Shown: positions 10,651 through 21,095, counted from the stretch's first letter. The stretch is DNA of 64,000 nucleotides from an uncultured cyanobacterium (GCA_963793425.1 CAWCAG010000003.1:39085-103084); one strand, 5' to 3'. Notes: a model not told the origin generated them from the letters alone. Numbers and translations are program-made.

Positions 10651-11997
10651 ATGATTAATAACTCAACTGATAAAAAACACCTTAGAGCAGTTAATCCTAA
10701 AACCCATTCTCCAACCCTTAAAAAACCAGAATCATCACCTCAGCCCACAGACAAAGCACCGCCACAAACTAAAAAGAAGTCCTACACAGGTTGGTTGATC
10801 TTTGGCAGTATTGTCATCGTTTTGGGAGCGGTTAGCCAAATTCCTATTTCTCCTACCGTTAGAGCAGATGCTTGGTTAGAACCAGACCCAGAAGCTAGAC
10901 AGGTTGTTCACATGGAAGTACCGGGGAAAATAACTGAGGTTTTAGTTAAACCAAATCAAAATATCGAACCTGGAGATGCCATTGCCATATTGGAAACTGA
11001 ACAATTAGAAGAAGAGATTATTGAGTGGGATTTACGGGTACAAGAAAGCTTATCTGGAGTAGAAAATGCTAATCAACAGGTAAGTAATGCTCAAGCAAAG
11101 ATCCAACAGACTCGCATTAATGAACAACAAATTCAAAATCGAGTAGCTAAACTACAGCAAGAAACTGAGCTTATGGAAGCTGGCTCTCTTCCTCCTCATC
11201 TTCAAGCTATTGAACAAGAAGTTACTACTCTGAAGCAAACCGTAGCTAGTTTAGACCAAACCATTAGCCGCTATCAAAGCTTAGTACAAGAGGGAGCCGT
11301 TTCTTATGAGCAAGTTAATGAACAAGAGCGGCACAAACTGAATGTACTAAGGCAAATATCTGACCAACAAGCAGAGATTGAAACTCATAAAAGACAGTTG
11401 TACAAACAATTGCAAAATAAACAAGAAGAACTCAACCATTTGCAAACTGCTACTGTCATAGCCCAACAGGAATTAGCGACGGCACAAACTCAAATTAAAA
11501 CTCAAGCTCCTATCTTACAGAAAGTTAAGCAACAAAGGGATAAGAAAAATGAGTTGCAAGCTAACTCTCAGGTAATCAGAGCTAGTCAAGGGGGAAAGAT
11601 TATTTCTCAAAACTTATACGCTTTAGAAGGGAAAACCTTAGAGCCAGGAGAACCGATTTTAGAAATAGCTCAACCTAATCAGTTAGTTGCTGTCATTGAA
11701 GTACGTCAAGAAGAAGCTGATTTAATCAAGGAGGGAGCAATAGTTACTTTTAATCCTGTAGAGCCGGGTTATGAAAGTTTCACTACTAATATTGAAGAGA
11801 TTATTGATGTTTTAGAAGTTGATGAACAATTGAAGAAATCCACTTTGCAGGTTATTGCTCAAGTTGAAACTAAAGGAAGCGATTTGAAGCCAGGAGCTAA
11901 AGTGTTTGCCAAGATTAAGTCTCCTCAACAAATTCGTCTTTATCAAAAGGTTTGGCGGGAGTTTCTTAACTTGTTTAAGATTCGCAAGTATTCTTAA
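10651..11997 (+). CDS. HlyD-like membrane fusion protein (periplasmic adaptor)
   Basis: Single N-terminal TM segment, lipoyl half-motifs (VPGKITEVLVKPNQNIEPGD; IRASQGGKI...LEPGEPILEI), long central coiled coil, C-terminal LKPG. Confidence 0.85.
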   Translation: MINNSTDKKHLRAVNPKTHSPTLKKPESSPQPTDKAPPQTKKKSYTGWLIFGSIVIVLGAVSQIPISPTVRADAWLEPDPEARQVVHMEVPGKITEVLVKPNQNIEPGDAIAILETEQLEEEIIEWDLRVQESLSGVENANQQVSNAQAKIQQTRINEQQIQNRVAKLQQETELMEAGSLPPHLQAIEQEVTTLKQTVASLDQTISRYQSLVQEGAVSYEQVNEQERHKLNVLRQISDQQAEIETHKRQLYKQLQNKQEELNHLQTATVIAQQELATAQTQIKTQAPILQKVKQQRDKKNELQANSQVIRASQGGKIISQNLYALEGKTLEPGEPILEIAQPNQLVAVIEVRQEEADLIKEGAIVTFNPVEPGYESFTTNIEEIIDVLEVDEQLKKSTLQVIAQVETKGSDLKPGAKVFAKIKSPQQIRLYQKVWREFLNLFKIRKYS

Positions 11998-12080
11998 ATG
12001 ATTGATACTTAGATAACTCTACTATTGTCGCAGACTAAATTAATAACTATTTGAACCTACCCATTTATCACTTTTTACCA

Positions 12081-15000
12081 ATGAATAAGCAGCTACCTTT
12101 ATCTTTGAGCTTAATCGCTTCGGTCTTAGCTAATTTCGCTCCTCAAATAGCTTTAGCTCAATCTATTGTCGCTACACCGGATAATACAGGTACGGTTATT
12201 CAATATAACGGCAATACTTATACGATTAATGGTGGTACTCAAGCAGGAGCAAACTTATTTCATAGTTTTGTTGAATTTGGACTATCTCCAGGAGAAATTG
12301 CCAGCTTTCTTAGCAACCCTAATATTAATAATATCTTAGGAAGAGTTACGGGAGGAAACCCTTCTTTAATAGAAGGTTTACTACAGGTAAGTGGTGGCAA
12401 TTCTAATCTCTTTTTGATGAATCCGGCAGGGATAGTTTTCGGTACTCAAGGAAGATTGGATGTACCCGGTAGTTTTATTGCCACCACAGCAGACAAAATT
12501 GGTTTTTCTGAGGATAGTTGGTTTAATTCTAGAGGTGATAATAATTATCAAAATTTAGTCGCTTCTCCGAGTAGCTTTGTTTTCACCCAGACTATCCCAG
12601 GTACAATTATCAACGCAGGTAATTTAACTACTTCCTTTGGTAACAACCTAAGTTTAGTCGGTGGCACTATTGTTAATACTGGAACTATCTCTGCATTGGG
12701 AGGAAATGTTACTCTGGCTGCTGTCCCAGGAGAAAACCTGGTACGCATTTCCCAAGCTGGCATGATCCTCGGCTTAGAAGTTTCCCCAGAATCCTTAACT
12801 AAAGGCATTTCACCTCTTGATTTACCCAAGTTATTAACTAACCCTAAAATCCGCAATGCTACCAAGTTGAAGTTAGACAGCAACGTCTTACCTAGGAATG
12901 TCACCATTGCTGGAGAAGTAAGAGGGCAAACAGTTAACTTTGCTGCTGCCAATAGAGTTATTCCCGTCTCTTCAGCTAAACAATTAGTATTTACTGGAGA
13001 TGGCACAAAAAGTTCGCCTACAGTGACTTTGTTTCCTCAAACTCCAGAAGATGCGTTCGCTTATGTTTTTATAGATGCTACAGTGCCAGATTATCAAAGT
13101 TTCTTATATGGAGGTAAACCGGGAACTACCAGTGTCGTAGTAACAGAGAATGAAAATGGCGTTGCTAAGATTAGCAGTACCCTCACCAACGTGACTGATT
13201 TAGAGGAATTGCACCTCCTTGTAGAGGGAGATGAAGGTAACTTTTGGTTGGGTAATACTTTCATCAGTAACCAAAACCTACAACAACATCAACAGAGCTT
13301 GCAAAGCTGGTCTAAATCTTTTGCTCCAGGAGCAGATATGCTTATTTATAGCTGTTTCACTGCTTTGGGGATAACTGGAGAAGCTTTGTTGCAGGGGATT
13401 GCTTCAACTACAGGAGCAGATGTAGCAGCTTCTACAAACCTAACAGGTGATGCTTTTTTAGGAGGAGATTGGGTTTTAGAAAAAAGTGTCGGCAACATCG
13501 AAGCAGATTTAGCTTTTCGTAACTTAGTATTAGATACTTTCCAAGGAAAGCTACAAGTCTTCACAGCTACTAATACTGCTGAATTAATTAACCACCTAAA
13601 CTCTAGTAATAGCAACGCACAAGACGACACTATCAACTTATTACCTAACATCACCTACACTATCAATGCTGTTGAAAACATTACCGATGGTAACAATGGC
13701 TTACCAATTATTCTTGCTGATGGAGGTAGGAGTATAACTATTAACAGTAAAGGCTCTACTTTAGCCAGAAGTAACATAGGAAGAACCCCTGATTTTCGCC
13801 TTCTCTATGTGGCAACAGGGGCAGATGTTACCCTCAATGATTTAACTATCAGCAATGGTAAAACCTCTGGTACAGTCTTTGCTGATGATGCTGCTGGTGG
13901 TGGCATTTTTAATCAGGGACAGTTGACTTTAAACAGAACTACTGTTGTTAGCAATGTCGCGACTAACAAGGGCGGTGGCATTTTTAATAGTGATAATAGC
14001 TCTCTAACTTTAACTCAGAGCAACATTGCTAATAACTCAGCCCTCAATTTCGGACAGGGGGGCGGCATTTACAACGGCAATAATAGTCTTCTTACAGTTA
14101 CTAATAGTACTATCGCTAATAACTCTGTTAACTCTAATGGTAATGGTGGTGGCATTTACAATACTCAAGATACAGTCACTATCAATGACAGCACTCTCAA
14201 GAACAACTCAGCAGAAGTTAGCGGTGGTGCTATTCATAGCAATGCAGGCATCTTAAATGTAACTAATAGCAGCATTGAGAATAACTCCAGTCAGTTTTTG
14301 GGAGGTGGCTTCCATAGCAGCAATAGCAGTCAAACGACTATTACAGGTAGTAACTTTATTAAAAACTCGGCTATTATTGGCGGTGCAATTAGTAACAACA
14401 AGAGCCAAGCTACTATTACCAACAGTAGTATTGATAGTAATACTACTCTTCCTAATGGCAACGGTGGTGGCATTGCCAACGATAGCGATAGTAGACTTAC
14501 CATTATGGGTAGTACCATCAGTAACAACTTAGCTAATGCTGGTGGTGGTATTTATAATCAGAGGAATAGTACAGCCACAATTACCAACACTACCATTAGT
14601 GGCAATCGTAGTAATGGTGCGGGAGGGGGCATTTCTAATAGCGATGCTAGTACCATTTCCTTAACTAACAGCACTGTTACTAATAACATTGCTGATGTTG
14701 ATGGCGATAATATTGGTGATGGAGGAGGCATTTTTAGCTTTAATTTCTCTACCTACATTGCCCGTAATAGCATTATCGCTGGTAACTCTGATGTGGGGGG
14801 ACAGGGGAATGATGTTTTTGGTGATAATCTCACTGGTGATGGTCATAATTTAATTGGTGATTTGACTGGCATAGGGACTAGTAGTTTGGGAGGTGGTAGT
14901 GATTTAACTTTTACTCAACTAGGAATTAGCGATATTGAACAAGTGCTTTTTCCCCTTGGTGGCTACGGCGGCTCTACCCAAACCCACGCCCTCCGCCCTG

Positions 15001-15746
15001 GTAGCCCTGCCCTTGATGCAGGGGATAATAATTTAGTTTCTGGAGGAATAACCACTGACCAAAGAGGTATGAATCGCTTTATGAGTAGTACTGTGGATAT
15101 CGGAGCTTACGAATCCTCCGGCTTTGCCCTCACAGTTGTAGCCGGAAGTCCCCAAACTACTGATGTTAATACTACCTTCTCTACTCCTCTTACAGTTCAA
15201 GTTACTGACCAAGCTTCTAACGCTCCTCTACCTTTAGATAGTTCAGTTGTTACCTTCAGTCTTTCTAGTCAAGGGTTTGGCACTTTGAGGAGCGGCACAG
15301 CCGTCACAACCGACACTCAAGGCAAAGCTAGTAATACCCTTACAGCTAGTAATCTTCCTGGTAGCTATCAAGTAACTGCTTCTCTTTCTGGTTCGGCTAC
15401 AGTTGATTTTCAACTCACTAACAAGCCATCTCTCCCTCCTCCCAACAGGCCAATACCTATTGACAATCAGCCCCCCATTACAAATAATGACCAATCAAAC
15501 CTTATTTCTCCTCCAGAATCAGATACTATTTCTCACTCTCAACCAATACCTGAAGCCATACCAAAAGTTTCCCTTACCTGCACAGATGAGGTTATTTCTC
15601 AACTTCCTCATTCTGAGTTTTTGTCTGCCGTCACAAACTCAGGAAGCTTACCAGATAAGCAGTTATTAACAGAGCTAGAGGAGTTATTGCAAAGTTGTCA
15701 TTTTCCTTATTTTGATGACAATCACAGTACAATCTCGAACCCCTGA
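12081..15746 (+). CDS. Filamentous-haemagglutinin N-terminal domain exoprotein with DUF4347-like domain, GGGIxN beta-helix repeats, choice-of-anchor Q-like and Ig-like domains
   Basis: Signal peptide ending ALA-Q; NLFHSF and NLFLMNPAGIVFG; ADMLIYSC...GGDWVLE; many GGGIYN repeats; THALRPGSPALDAG...DQRG...VDIGAYE. ATG at 12081 preferred over TTG at 12051. Confidence 0.85.
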   Translation: MNKQLPLSLSLIASVLANFAPQIALAQSIVATPDNTGTVIQYNGNTYTINGGTQAGANLFHSFVEFGLSPGEIASFLSNPNINNILGRVTGGNPSLIEGLLQVSGGNSNLFLMNPAGIVFGTQGRLDVPGSFIATTADKIGFSEDSWFNSRGDNNYQNLVASPSSFVFTQTIPGTIINAGNLTTSFGNNLSLVGGTIVNTGTISALGGNVTLAAVPGENLVRISQAGMILGLEVSPESLTKGISPLDLPKLLTNPKIRNATKLKLDSNVLPRNVTIAGEVRGQTVNFAAANRVIPVSSAKQLVFTGDGTKSSPTVTLFPQTPEDAFAYVFIDATVPDYQSFLYGGKPGTTSVVVTENENGVAKISSTLTNVTDLEELHLLVEGDEGNFWLGNTFISNQNLQQHQQSLQSWSKSFAPGADMLIYSCFTALGITGEALLQGIASTTGADVAASTNLTGDAFLGGDWVLEKSVGNIEADLAFRNLVLDTFQGKLQVFTATNTAELINHLNSSNSNAQDDTINLLPNITYTINAVENITDGNNGLPIILADGGRSITINSKGSTLARSNIGRTPDFRLLYVATGADVTLNDLTISNGKTSGTVFADDAAGGGIFNQGQLTLNRTTVVSNVATNKGGGIFNSDNSSLTLTQSNIANNSALNFGQGGGIYNGNNSLLTVTNSTIANNSVNSNGNGGGIYNTQDTVTINDSTLKNNSAEVSGGAIHSNAGILNVTNSSIENNSSQFLGGGFHSSNSSQTTITGSNFIKNSAIIGGAISNNKSQATITNSSIDSNTTLPNGNGGGIANDSDSRLTIMGSTISNNLANAGGGIYNQRNSTATITNTTISGNRSNGAGGGISNSDASTISLTNSTVTNNIADVDGDNIGDGGGIFSFNFSTYIARNSIIAGNSDVGGQGNDVFGDNLTGDGHNLIGDLTGIGTSSLGGGSDLTFTQLGISDIEQVLFPLGGYGGSTQTHALRPGSPALDAGDNNLVSGGITTDQRGMNRFMSSTVDIGAYESSGFALTVVAGSPQTTDVNTTFSTPLTVQVTDQASNAPLPLDSSVVTFSLSSQGFGTLRSGTAVTTDTQGKASNTLTASNLPGSYQVTASLSGSATVDFQLTNKPSLPPPNRPIPIDNQPPITNNDQSNLISPPESDTISHSQPIPEAIPKVSLTCTDEVISQLPHSEFLSAVTNSGSLPDKQLLTELEELLQSCHFPYFDDNHSTISNP

Positions 15747-15780
15747 TATCTCAATCACTCATTACCTATTAACTAAAAAT

Positions 15781-16482
15781 ATGAACCCCAAAATTACCAT
15801 TCAAGAACTCTCTATCCTAGTTACTTCTCCTAACCATAATCCTAGTCTATTAACTCCTGATTTCCTCGCTGGTAGTGGTATTGTTCCCAAAGACTGGCAA
15901 CTGGCTCGTCCTCCTTTGATGAAACCTCAGCTATCACAGATTGCTTTTACTAATGGTATCAATCTTGTTGCTCAGCCTGGTTCTCTTACTTTTACTGAAT
16001 CTATCAAGAAGCAAGATGAAGAGCAAACGGAGGATACTGAAGATTTAAAAGTATCTACCATTGCTCGTCAGTACGTCCAAACTTTACCTAATCTTGACTA
16101 CAGGGCTGTTGCTATTAATCCCAGGAGTTTTCTTACCTTTGAAGTTGAAGATGAGTTTGCTGCCCGTGATTACATTGTCAAACACTTTCTTACCCCTGCA
16201 CCCTGGCTTGAAGTAGGTACAACTCCTGCTAGAGCTTCTCTTAATTTAGCTTATGCTTTTGAGGCTACTAAGCTTAATCTGACTATTGCTGAGGTTAAGT
16301 TACAGCAAGAAGATAAGCCTGCAACTCCTGCTATTTTGTTTTCTGGTAACTTCCCCTATAAGATTACTGAAACTAGCAATGGGCAGAAACAAAGTCAGCT
16401 TTTTACTTTTCTTGAACATTGGCAACGGGATTTAGAACTTTTCGGGCAAACTATGGATAAGTTTTTACAACCAAGTACTTGA
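15781..16482 (+). CDS. Hypothetical protein (NHNPSLLTPDFL motif)
   Basis: Long ORF co-directional with the secretion genes; ATG at 15781; resembles a cyanobacterial hypothetical family. Confidence 0.7.
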   Translation: MNPKITIQELSILVTSPNHNPSLLTPDFLAGSGIVPKDWQLARPPLMKPQLSQIAFTNGINLVAQPGSLTFTESIKKQDEEQTEDTEDLKVSTIARQYVQTLPNLDYRAVAINPRSFLTFEVEDEFAARDYIVKHFLTPAPWLEVGTTPARASLNLAYAFEATKLNLTIAEVKLQQEDKPATPAILFSGNFPYKITETSNGQKQSQLFTFLEHWQRDLELFGQTMDKFLQPST

Positions 16483-16491
16483 TGATTTTCT

Positions 16492-16749
16492 CTAATCTTC
16501 TACTAATAACGCCTCCTCTATCAACTCTCTGATAAATTCGGCTTTACTCTTTTCTGCTTCAAATACATACCGAGATAGTTTTTTGTAGAGACTTAGGGGC
16601 ATATCTACAGAAACTCTTTTGGTTACTTCTTTTTCTTCCTCTTGGTGCTGCTGTTTACCCTGCTTCTGCTGGGATAAAGTTTCCGAAGGAGATGTTTCTT
16701 CAGCAATGAATTTCTTCAAATCATCTGATAGTTTCTTTCTCGGACTCAT
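16492..16749 (-). CDS. Ribbon-helix-helix partition adaptor (ParG/CopG-like)
   Basis: Overlaps the parA stop by 4 nt; KRVSVDMPLSLYKKLSRY...SKAEFIRELIEEAL. Confidence 0.75.
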   Translation of the reverse strand: MSPRKKLSDDLKKFIAEETSPSETLSQQKQGKQQHQEEEKEVTKRVSVDMPLSLYKKLSRYVFEAEKSKAEFIRELIEEALLVED

Positions 16750-17381
16750 AAACTCAGTACCTCTTTACATAAAGAGTCATATTCCTTAGCTGCTTCTTTT
16801 CCGCTATGTCCTAGTTCCCACACTACTTTTTCCTGTCCCGCAGAATCGGCGACCGCCTGACGTTGATGGATGACACTTTTGAGTAGTTTGATATCTTCTA
16901 GGGAGGCTAACAACTCTAAGGCTTCTGCTTTAAGCCTAGTTCTGGGAACAGCCCGATTGATAAATACTGCCGCCTTTGGTTCACCTTTACGGATTCTCCT
17001 TGCTTGACGTATTAAGTTGATGGCATTACCTGATGATTGCAAGTCAAGGGCCGTAGGTTGGCAAGGAATAATCGCTTTATCTGTGTAACTGAGAATTACA
17101 CGGGTAGTTTCTGAGATGTTACCCGCAGCGTCAATAATGGTATATTCTTGTTTTTCTGCTAGGTCTGGAATGGCATCTGCCAAGATGTTGGGGTCAGTGA
17201 TTAAGGAACTTGGTAGGTTACATTGGAGGGTTAATACCCATTCTGTGGCGGATCTCTGGGCATCTGTGTCTATTAGCAGTACGGTTTTTTTCTTTTTTAC
17301 TGCTAGATAATAAGCCAGATGTAGTGCCGTACAAGTTTTACCTGTTCCCCCTTTTTGATTAACGAGGGCGATGATAGTCAT
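16746..17381 (-). CDS. parA: ParA family partition ATPase (short, type Ib)
   Basis: NQKGGTGKT deviant Walker A, LLIDTDAQ, IIDAAG. Confidence 0.92.
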   Translation of the reverse strand: MTIIALVNQKGGTGKTCTALHLAYYLAVKKKKTVLLIDTDAQRSATEWVLTLQCNLPSSLITDPNILADAIPDLAEKQEYTIIDAAGNISETTRVILSYTDKAIIPCQPTALDLQSSGNAINLIRQARRIRKGEPKAAVFINRAVPRTRLKAEALELLASLEDIKLLKSVIHQRQAVADSAGQEKVVWELGHSGKEAAKEYDSLCKEVLSL

Positions 17382-17382
17382 T

Positions 17383-17842
17383 TTACTCAATTACTCAATT
17401 ACTTAGTTACTTAGTTACTTAGTCACTCAACTGTTTAATAATTTGATTATTTCATAATCAGTACTACTCTCAAGTTGAAATTGCTTCTAATGCGAAGGCT
17501 ATTAGTTTTCATGGTAACTGCTAGAATACTTAGTTACTTAATTACTTAGTTGAGTAATTAAGTAACTACTCTTACTCTGGCCGCTGTTAAAGTGAACTTT
17601 CCTCATCTGCGCCATAATCGATTTTTTCTACAGCATTTATGATTCCAAAGCAATTGTGCAAGGCATCGTTGCACAATCTAATAGAGGTTACATAATTACT
17701 ATCGGAGAAAGCAGATGGTTGTTGAGACAAAGTTCTTAAGATTTAGGTGACTTTTGCCATTTTAGCTAGTCTCTACTCACGAAGGAAAGCTAGTTTCTAT
17801 TAGTTACTCAATTAAGTAATTACTTAATTGAGTAATTGAGTA
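17383..17842. repeat. Three clusters of 8-bp TTACT(C/T)A(A/G) direct and inverted repeats; candidate centromere/operator
   Basis: Clusters at about 17383-17430, 17527-17570 and 17803-17842 upstream of parA, mirrored at about 60710-61175. Confidence 0.75.
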
Positions 17843-17941
17843 GTTTTTTTGTCGGACACTTTTTTTTGAAACTTTTGAACTTGTGTAGACGGAATTATCT
17901 AATTTTTTAGTACAAACTAACTACATAGCCAAGAAACTAAA

Positions 17942-18608
17942 TTAAGAATAATCGCTCTCTAATTTTTCCTGCTGGGAGGGCGAACAACCCTCAGCAGACT
18001 CTAGGCCGTCATAAAACTCGAACACGACATACCCCAGCATCGATAAGCTCGATACCGCACCCCTCACTTGCTCAGTTGTCACTTCCAAGTATTTTTGTAA
18101 TTCATCGAGATTACGATAACCCAATATCTCTTGTATTATCCTTAACGGTATCCCCGCATTACTCATCTGAGTCAAAGCTGTCCGACGAAAACTATAGGTA
18201 CTCACCCCTTCTATCCCCAACTTCTCACAACTCACCCTCAAGATCCTCGCTGCGCTATCTGGGTTGATATGACTCTTGCCATGACGACCAGGAAACAAAA
18301 ACCGACCCCTCGGTGATGGATAGTAAGAAACTAGTAAGGTTCTTAATTCCTCATTTATTGGTATGGCACGGGTATCTAGCTGTCCTTTGGTATTAGCTTT
18401 ACGAAAGATGATTTCTCCCCTAAGTTTTCCTTTGCCGTTGTAGACATCCTTAAAATTCCAAGGTAAAAGCTTCATTAATACGACAGGCGGTGTAAAGACA
18501 AACTTCAAACAAAGCCCGATCTCTAGAGTTAGTTAACCCTTGGCTAAATAGCAACTGAATCTCTTCTAAGGTAAGAATTTTTGCTCTACCGTGCCTATTG
18601 ATTTTCAT
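17942..18608 (-). pseudogene. Tyrosine recombinase, frameshifted and catalytically degenerate
   Basis: ATG 18608 MKINRHGRAKILT...RDRALF...TACRINE, then a frameshift near 18455. STYSFRRT and LGY replace the HxxR and SGH histidines seen in the 42486 remnant. Confidence 0.85.
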
Positions 18609-18647
18609 TTCATGATGTCCCTACACCCTCACACGAAGTCATACTAC

Positions 18648-19857
18648 TAGTCTGTCAAAGTAATAATGACGGATAATGTGAGATGTAAATCTTGCCAAAT
18701 CTACGCTATTAATGCCAGCTAAAAAATATATTGTCTCTCTGAGTGAGGATGAACGCTTTTCACTGCAAGAATTAACCCAAAAAGGGAAAGCTGCTGCCCG
18801 AAAAATTAATCATGCTCGTATCTTACTCAAAGCAGATATTAATCAAGATAACGGGGGGTGGAATGACCAGATGATTAGCCAAGCATTGGATATCAGTACG
18901 AGAACCATTGAGAGAGTTAGACAAAGATTTGTCGAAGAAGGATTAGAACAAGCACTGAGTCCTGGTCGGAAAAACTCCTTGAAACTAAAAAAGATAGATG
19001 GAGAAGCTGAAGCTCATTTAATTGCCATAGCTTGTGGGAAATCTCCAACAGGTTCTAGCCGTTGGACTTTACGATTACTAGCTGACGAAATGGTGGTTTT
19101 AGGATATGTGGAAAGTATTTCTCATGAAAGTGTTAGACAAGTCTTAAAAAAAACGAAATCAAACCTTGGCTGCAAGAATGTTGGGTAATTCCTCCTCAAG
19201 CTAATGCAGAGTTTGTTTGTCAGATGGAAGAAGTTTTAGAGCTTTATACCCGCCCCTATGACCCTTGTTACCCGTTAGTTTGCTTTGACGAAAGCTCTAA
19301 ACAATTAATTTCCGAAACGCGACAACCCCTAACTGCTGAACCTGGAAAACCTGAACGCTTTGATTATCAATACCAACGAGAAGGAGTGAGAAATTTATTC
19401 ATGTTTTTTGAACCTTTAAAAGCTTGGAGACACGTTGAGGTAACTGACCAACGTACCAGCATCGATTATGCTCAACAAATGAAATACTTAGTGGATGAAT
19501 GTTACCCAGAGGCTATCAAAATTCGAGTGGTTCAAGATAACCTAAATACTCATGTCAAAGCCTCATTGTACAAAGCATTTTGCCCTTGTGAAGCTCGCCG
19601 AATACTAGACAAATTAGAGTTTTACTATACTCCTAAACATGGTAGTTGGTTAAATATGGCTGAAATTGAATTGAGTGTTTTAAACAGGCAATGTCTTAAT
19701 CGGCGTATTCCTTTTGAGGAGACTTTAATCCAGGAAGTGCAGGCTTGGGAGCAACGAAGGAATCGAACTTCAACTCCAGTCGATTGGCAATTTACCACTG
19801 AAGATGCTCGCATCAAGTTAACTAAATTGTATCCGTCAGTTTCTTCTTGACAGACTA
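18648..19857 (+). mobile_element. IS630-family element, two-ORF type
   Basis: Imperfect terminal inverted repeats TAGTCTGTCAA...TGACGGAT with TA at both ends. Confidence 0.9.
18712..19850 (+). CDS. IS630 transposase (ORFs 18712..19188 and 19224..19850, joined by a probable -1 frameshift)
   Basis: HTH ORF with RWTLRLLA; A8 run at 19146-19153; DDE ORF with CFDES, QDNLNTH, PKHGSWLNMAEIE. Confidence 0.9.
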
Positions 19858-19931
19858 CTACTAGAAGTGCCAGCTTAGAGACGAGGGCAAAGCTGCGCTC
19901 GTCCTTACTCTTAAAATCAAGACCTCTTCAC

Positions 19932-20222
19932 CTAAGCATCTACTAGCTCTATTTGCAGGCGCTTACCCAAAATTGAGGCGGCACGGTCTATAGTTTTTAG
20001 GGTGACAGAAGTGTTGTTTGGATTGAGAAGCCTATCTAGGGAGGATCTACTGGTACTCATGGCTTCTGCCATCTGAGTTTTACTCATTCCACGTTTGTTC
20101 ATTTCTTGAGTAATCTGCCACGCTATAACTCGCTTGAGTGCTACGGCAGTAACCTCTGATAAAATGCCTTCTTCTTCAAGAAATTCGTCAAAGGAAGAGC
20201 CTATATGAATATTCTTAGTCAT
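19932..20222 (-). CDS. XRE-type HTH antitoxin (HigA-like)
   Basis: HIGSSFDEFL N-terminus and HTH MSKTQMAEAMSTSRSSLDRLL; overlaps and follows the toxin gene. Confidence 0.82.
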   Translation of the reverse strand: MTKNIHIGSSFDEFLEEEGILSEVTAVALKRVIAWQITQEMNKRGMSKTQMAEAMSTSRSSLDRLLNPNNTSVTLKTIDRAASILGKRLQIELVDA

Positions 20223-20571
20223 CTTTTTGAGCCTCTAATTTGTTTTTCCTTTGGCGTGCTTTGTCTAAATATTCTGTGGGAGTTTTTTGGGTTTTCTTGA
20301 TAAATCCATGTAATAAAATCATCTGTCCTTCATAGATACAGAACAAGACCCTGGCTATTTTGTCTGTAGGAAGATTAGAACGAACTTCGTAGAGTCCTTT
20401 GCCCAAAGGACGACAAGTAGGCATTCCTACAGGCCATCCAAACTCAACAGTTTTAATGTCGTTACCTATTACTCTCCTTTCTGATGCCTCTAACCCTAGA
20501 AGCCATTCTCGAACAGGGAGCTTTCCCGTTTCGGTTTGAAAGAATTTGGCAGGTAGACGCTTATTGCTCAT
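20215..20571 (-). CDS. RelE/ParE-superfamily toxin (Gp49/HigB-like)
   Basis: PVREWL...GWPVGMP...GLYEVRS...LLHGFIKKTQKTP; toxin-first gene order. Confidence 0.85.
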   Translation of the reverse strand: MSNKRLPAKFFQTETGKLPVREWLLGLEASERRVIGNDIKTVEFGWPVGMPTCRPLGKGLYEVRSNLPTDKIARVLFCIYEGQMILLHGFIKKTQKTPTEYLDKARQRKNKLEAQKDD

Positions 20572-20615
20572 ATTTGATTATTGTACCTAAAAAGGTACTT
20601 GAAACAATACTCTCT

Positions 20616-21095
20616 TTACCCCACCCAAAAATAAATCCCAGCAAGTGATAACCAAACAGGAGTTAGTTGACGAAAGAACAAACTTAGAACTAAAGTCAAA
20701 ATCAAAGCCCCTACATGAGCATGAAGGTCAAAGATTAGCCTCCCAGAAACCTCTCTAACTCCATTCCATTTAGCCTGCTTCTTACTTTTGAAATGGTTAA
20801 TTATCTCTCGTTCCAACAGCAACAATTTCTCTTGTGAGTAGCTAGGAAGAGGAAGATAATAGAGCCTTGCCCAAGGTAGTAATTGAGCTTTAGACAGCTT
20901 GTGATGTGTGTAGAATCCGCTACTATTCCAACGAGCATTAAGGTTGCTACTCATTCCCACATAAACTACTTCCCAGAAAGAAATTAATAGATAAATTCCT
21001 GGTTCTTTAGGTAACTGCTTTCGCTTCCATAACCAGACAGATTTGAGTGAAAGTCTGGGGTGTTTTAACTTGTACCTGGTTATCGCATTTAACAT
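20616..21095 (-). CDS. GIY-YIG nuclease-domain protein with C-terminal hydrophobic anchor (copy A)
   Basis: PGIY...VYVGMSSNLNARW...HHK, a conserved Glu helix and a hydrophobic C-terminus; paralog at 53345. Confidence 0.75.
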   Translation of the reverse strand: MLNAITRYKLKHPRLSLKSVWLWKRKQLPKEPGIYLLISFWEVVYVGMSSNLNARWNSSGFYTHHKLSKAQLLPWARLYYLPLPSYSQEKLLLLEREIINHFKSKKQAKWNGVREVSGRLIFDLHAHVGALILTLVLSLFFRQLTPVWLSLAGIYFWVG

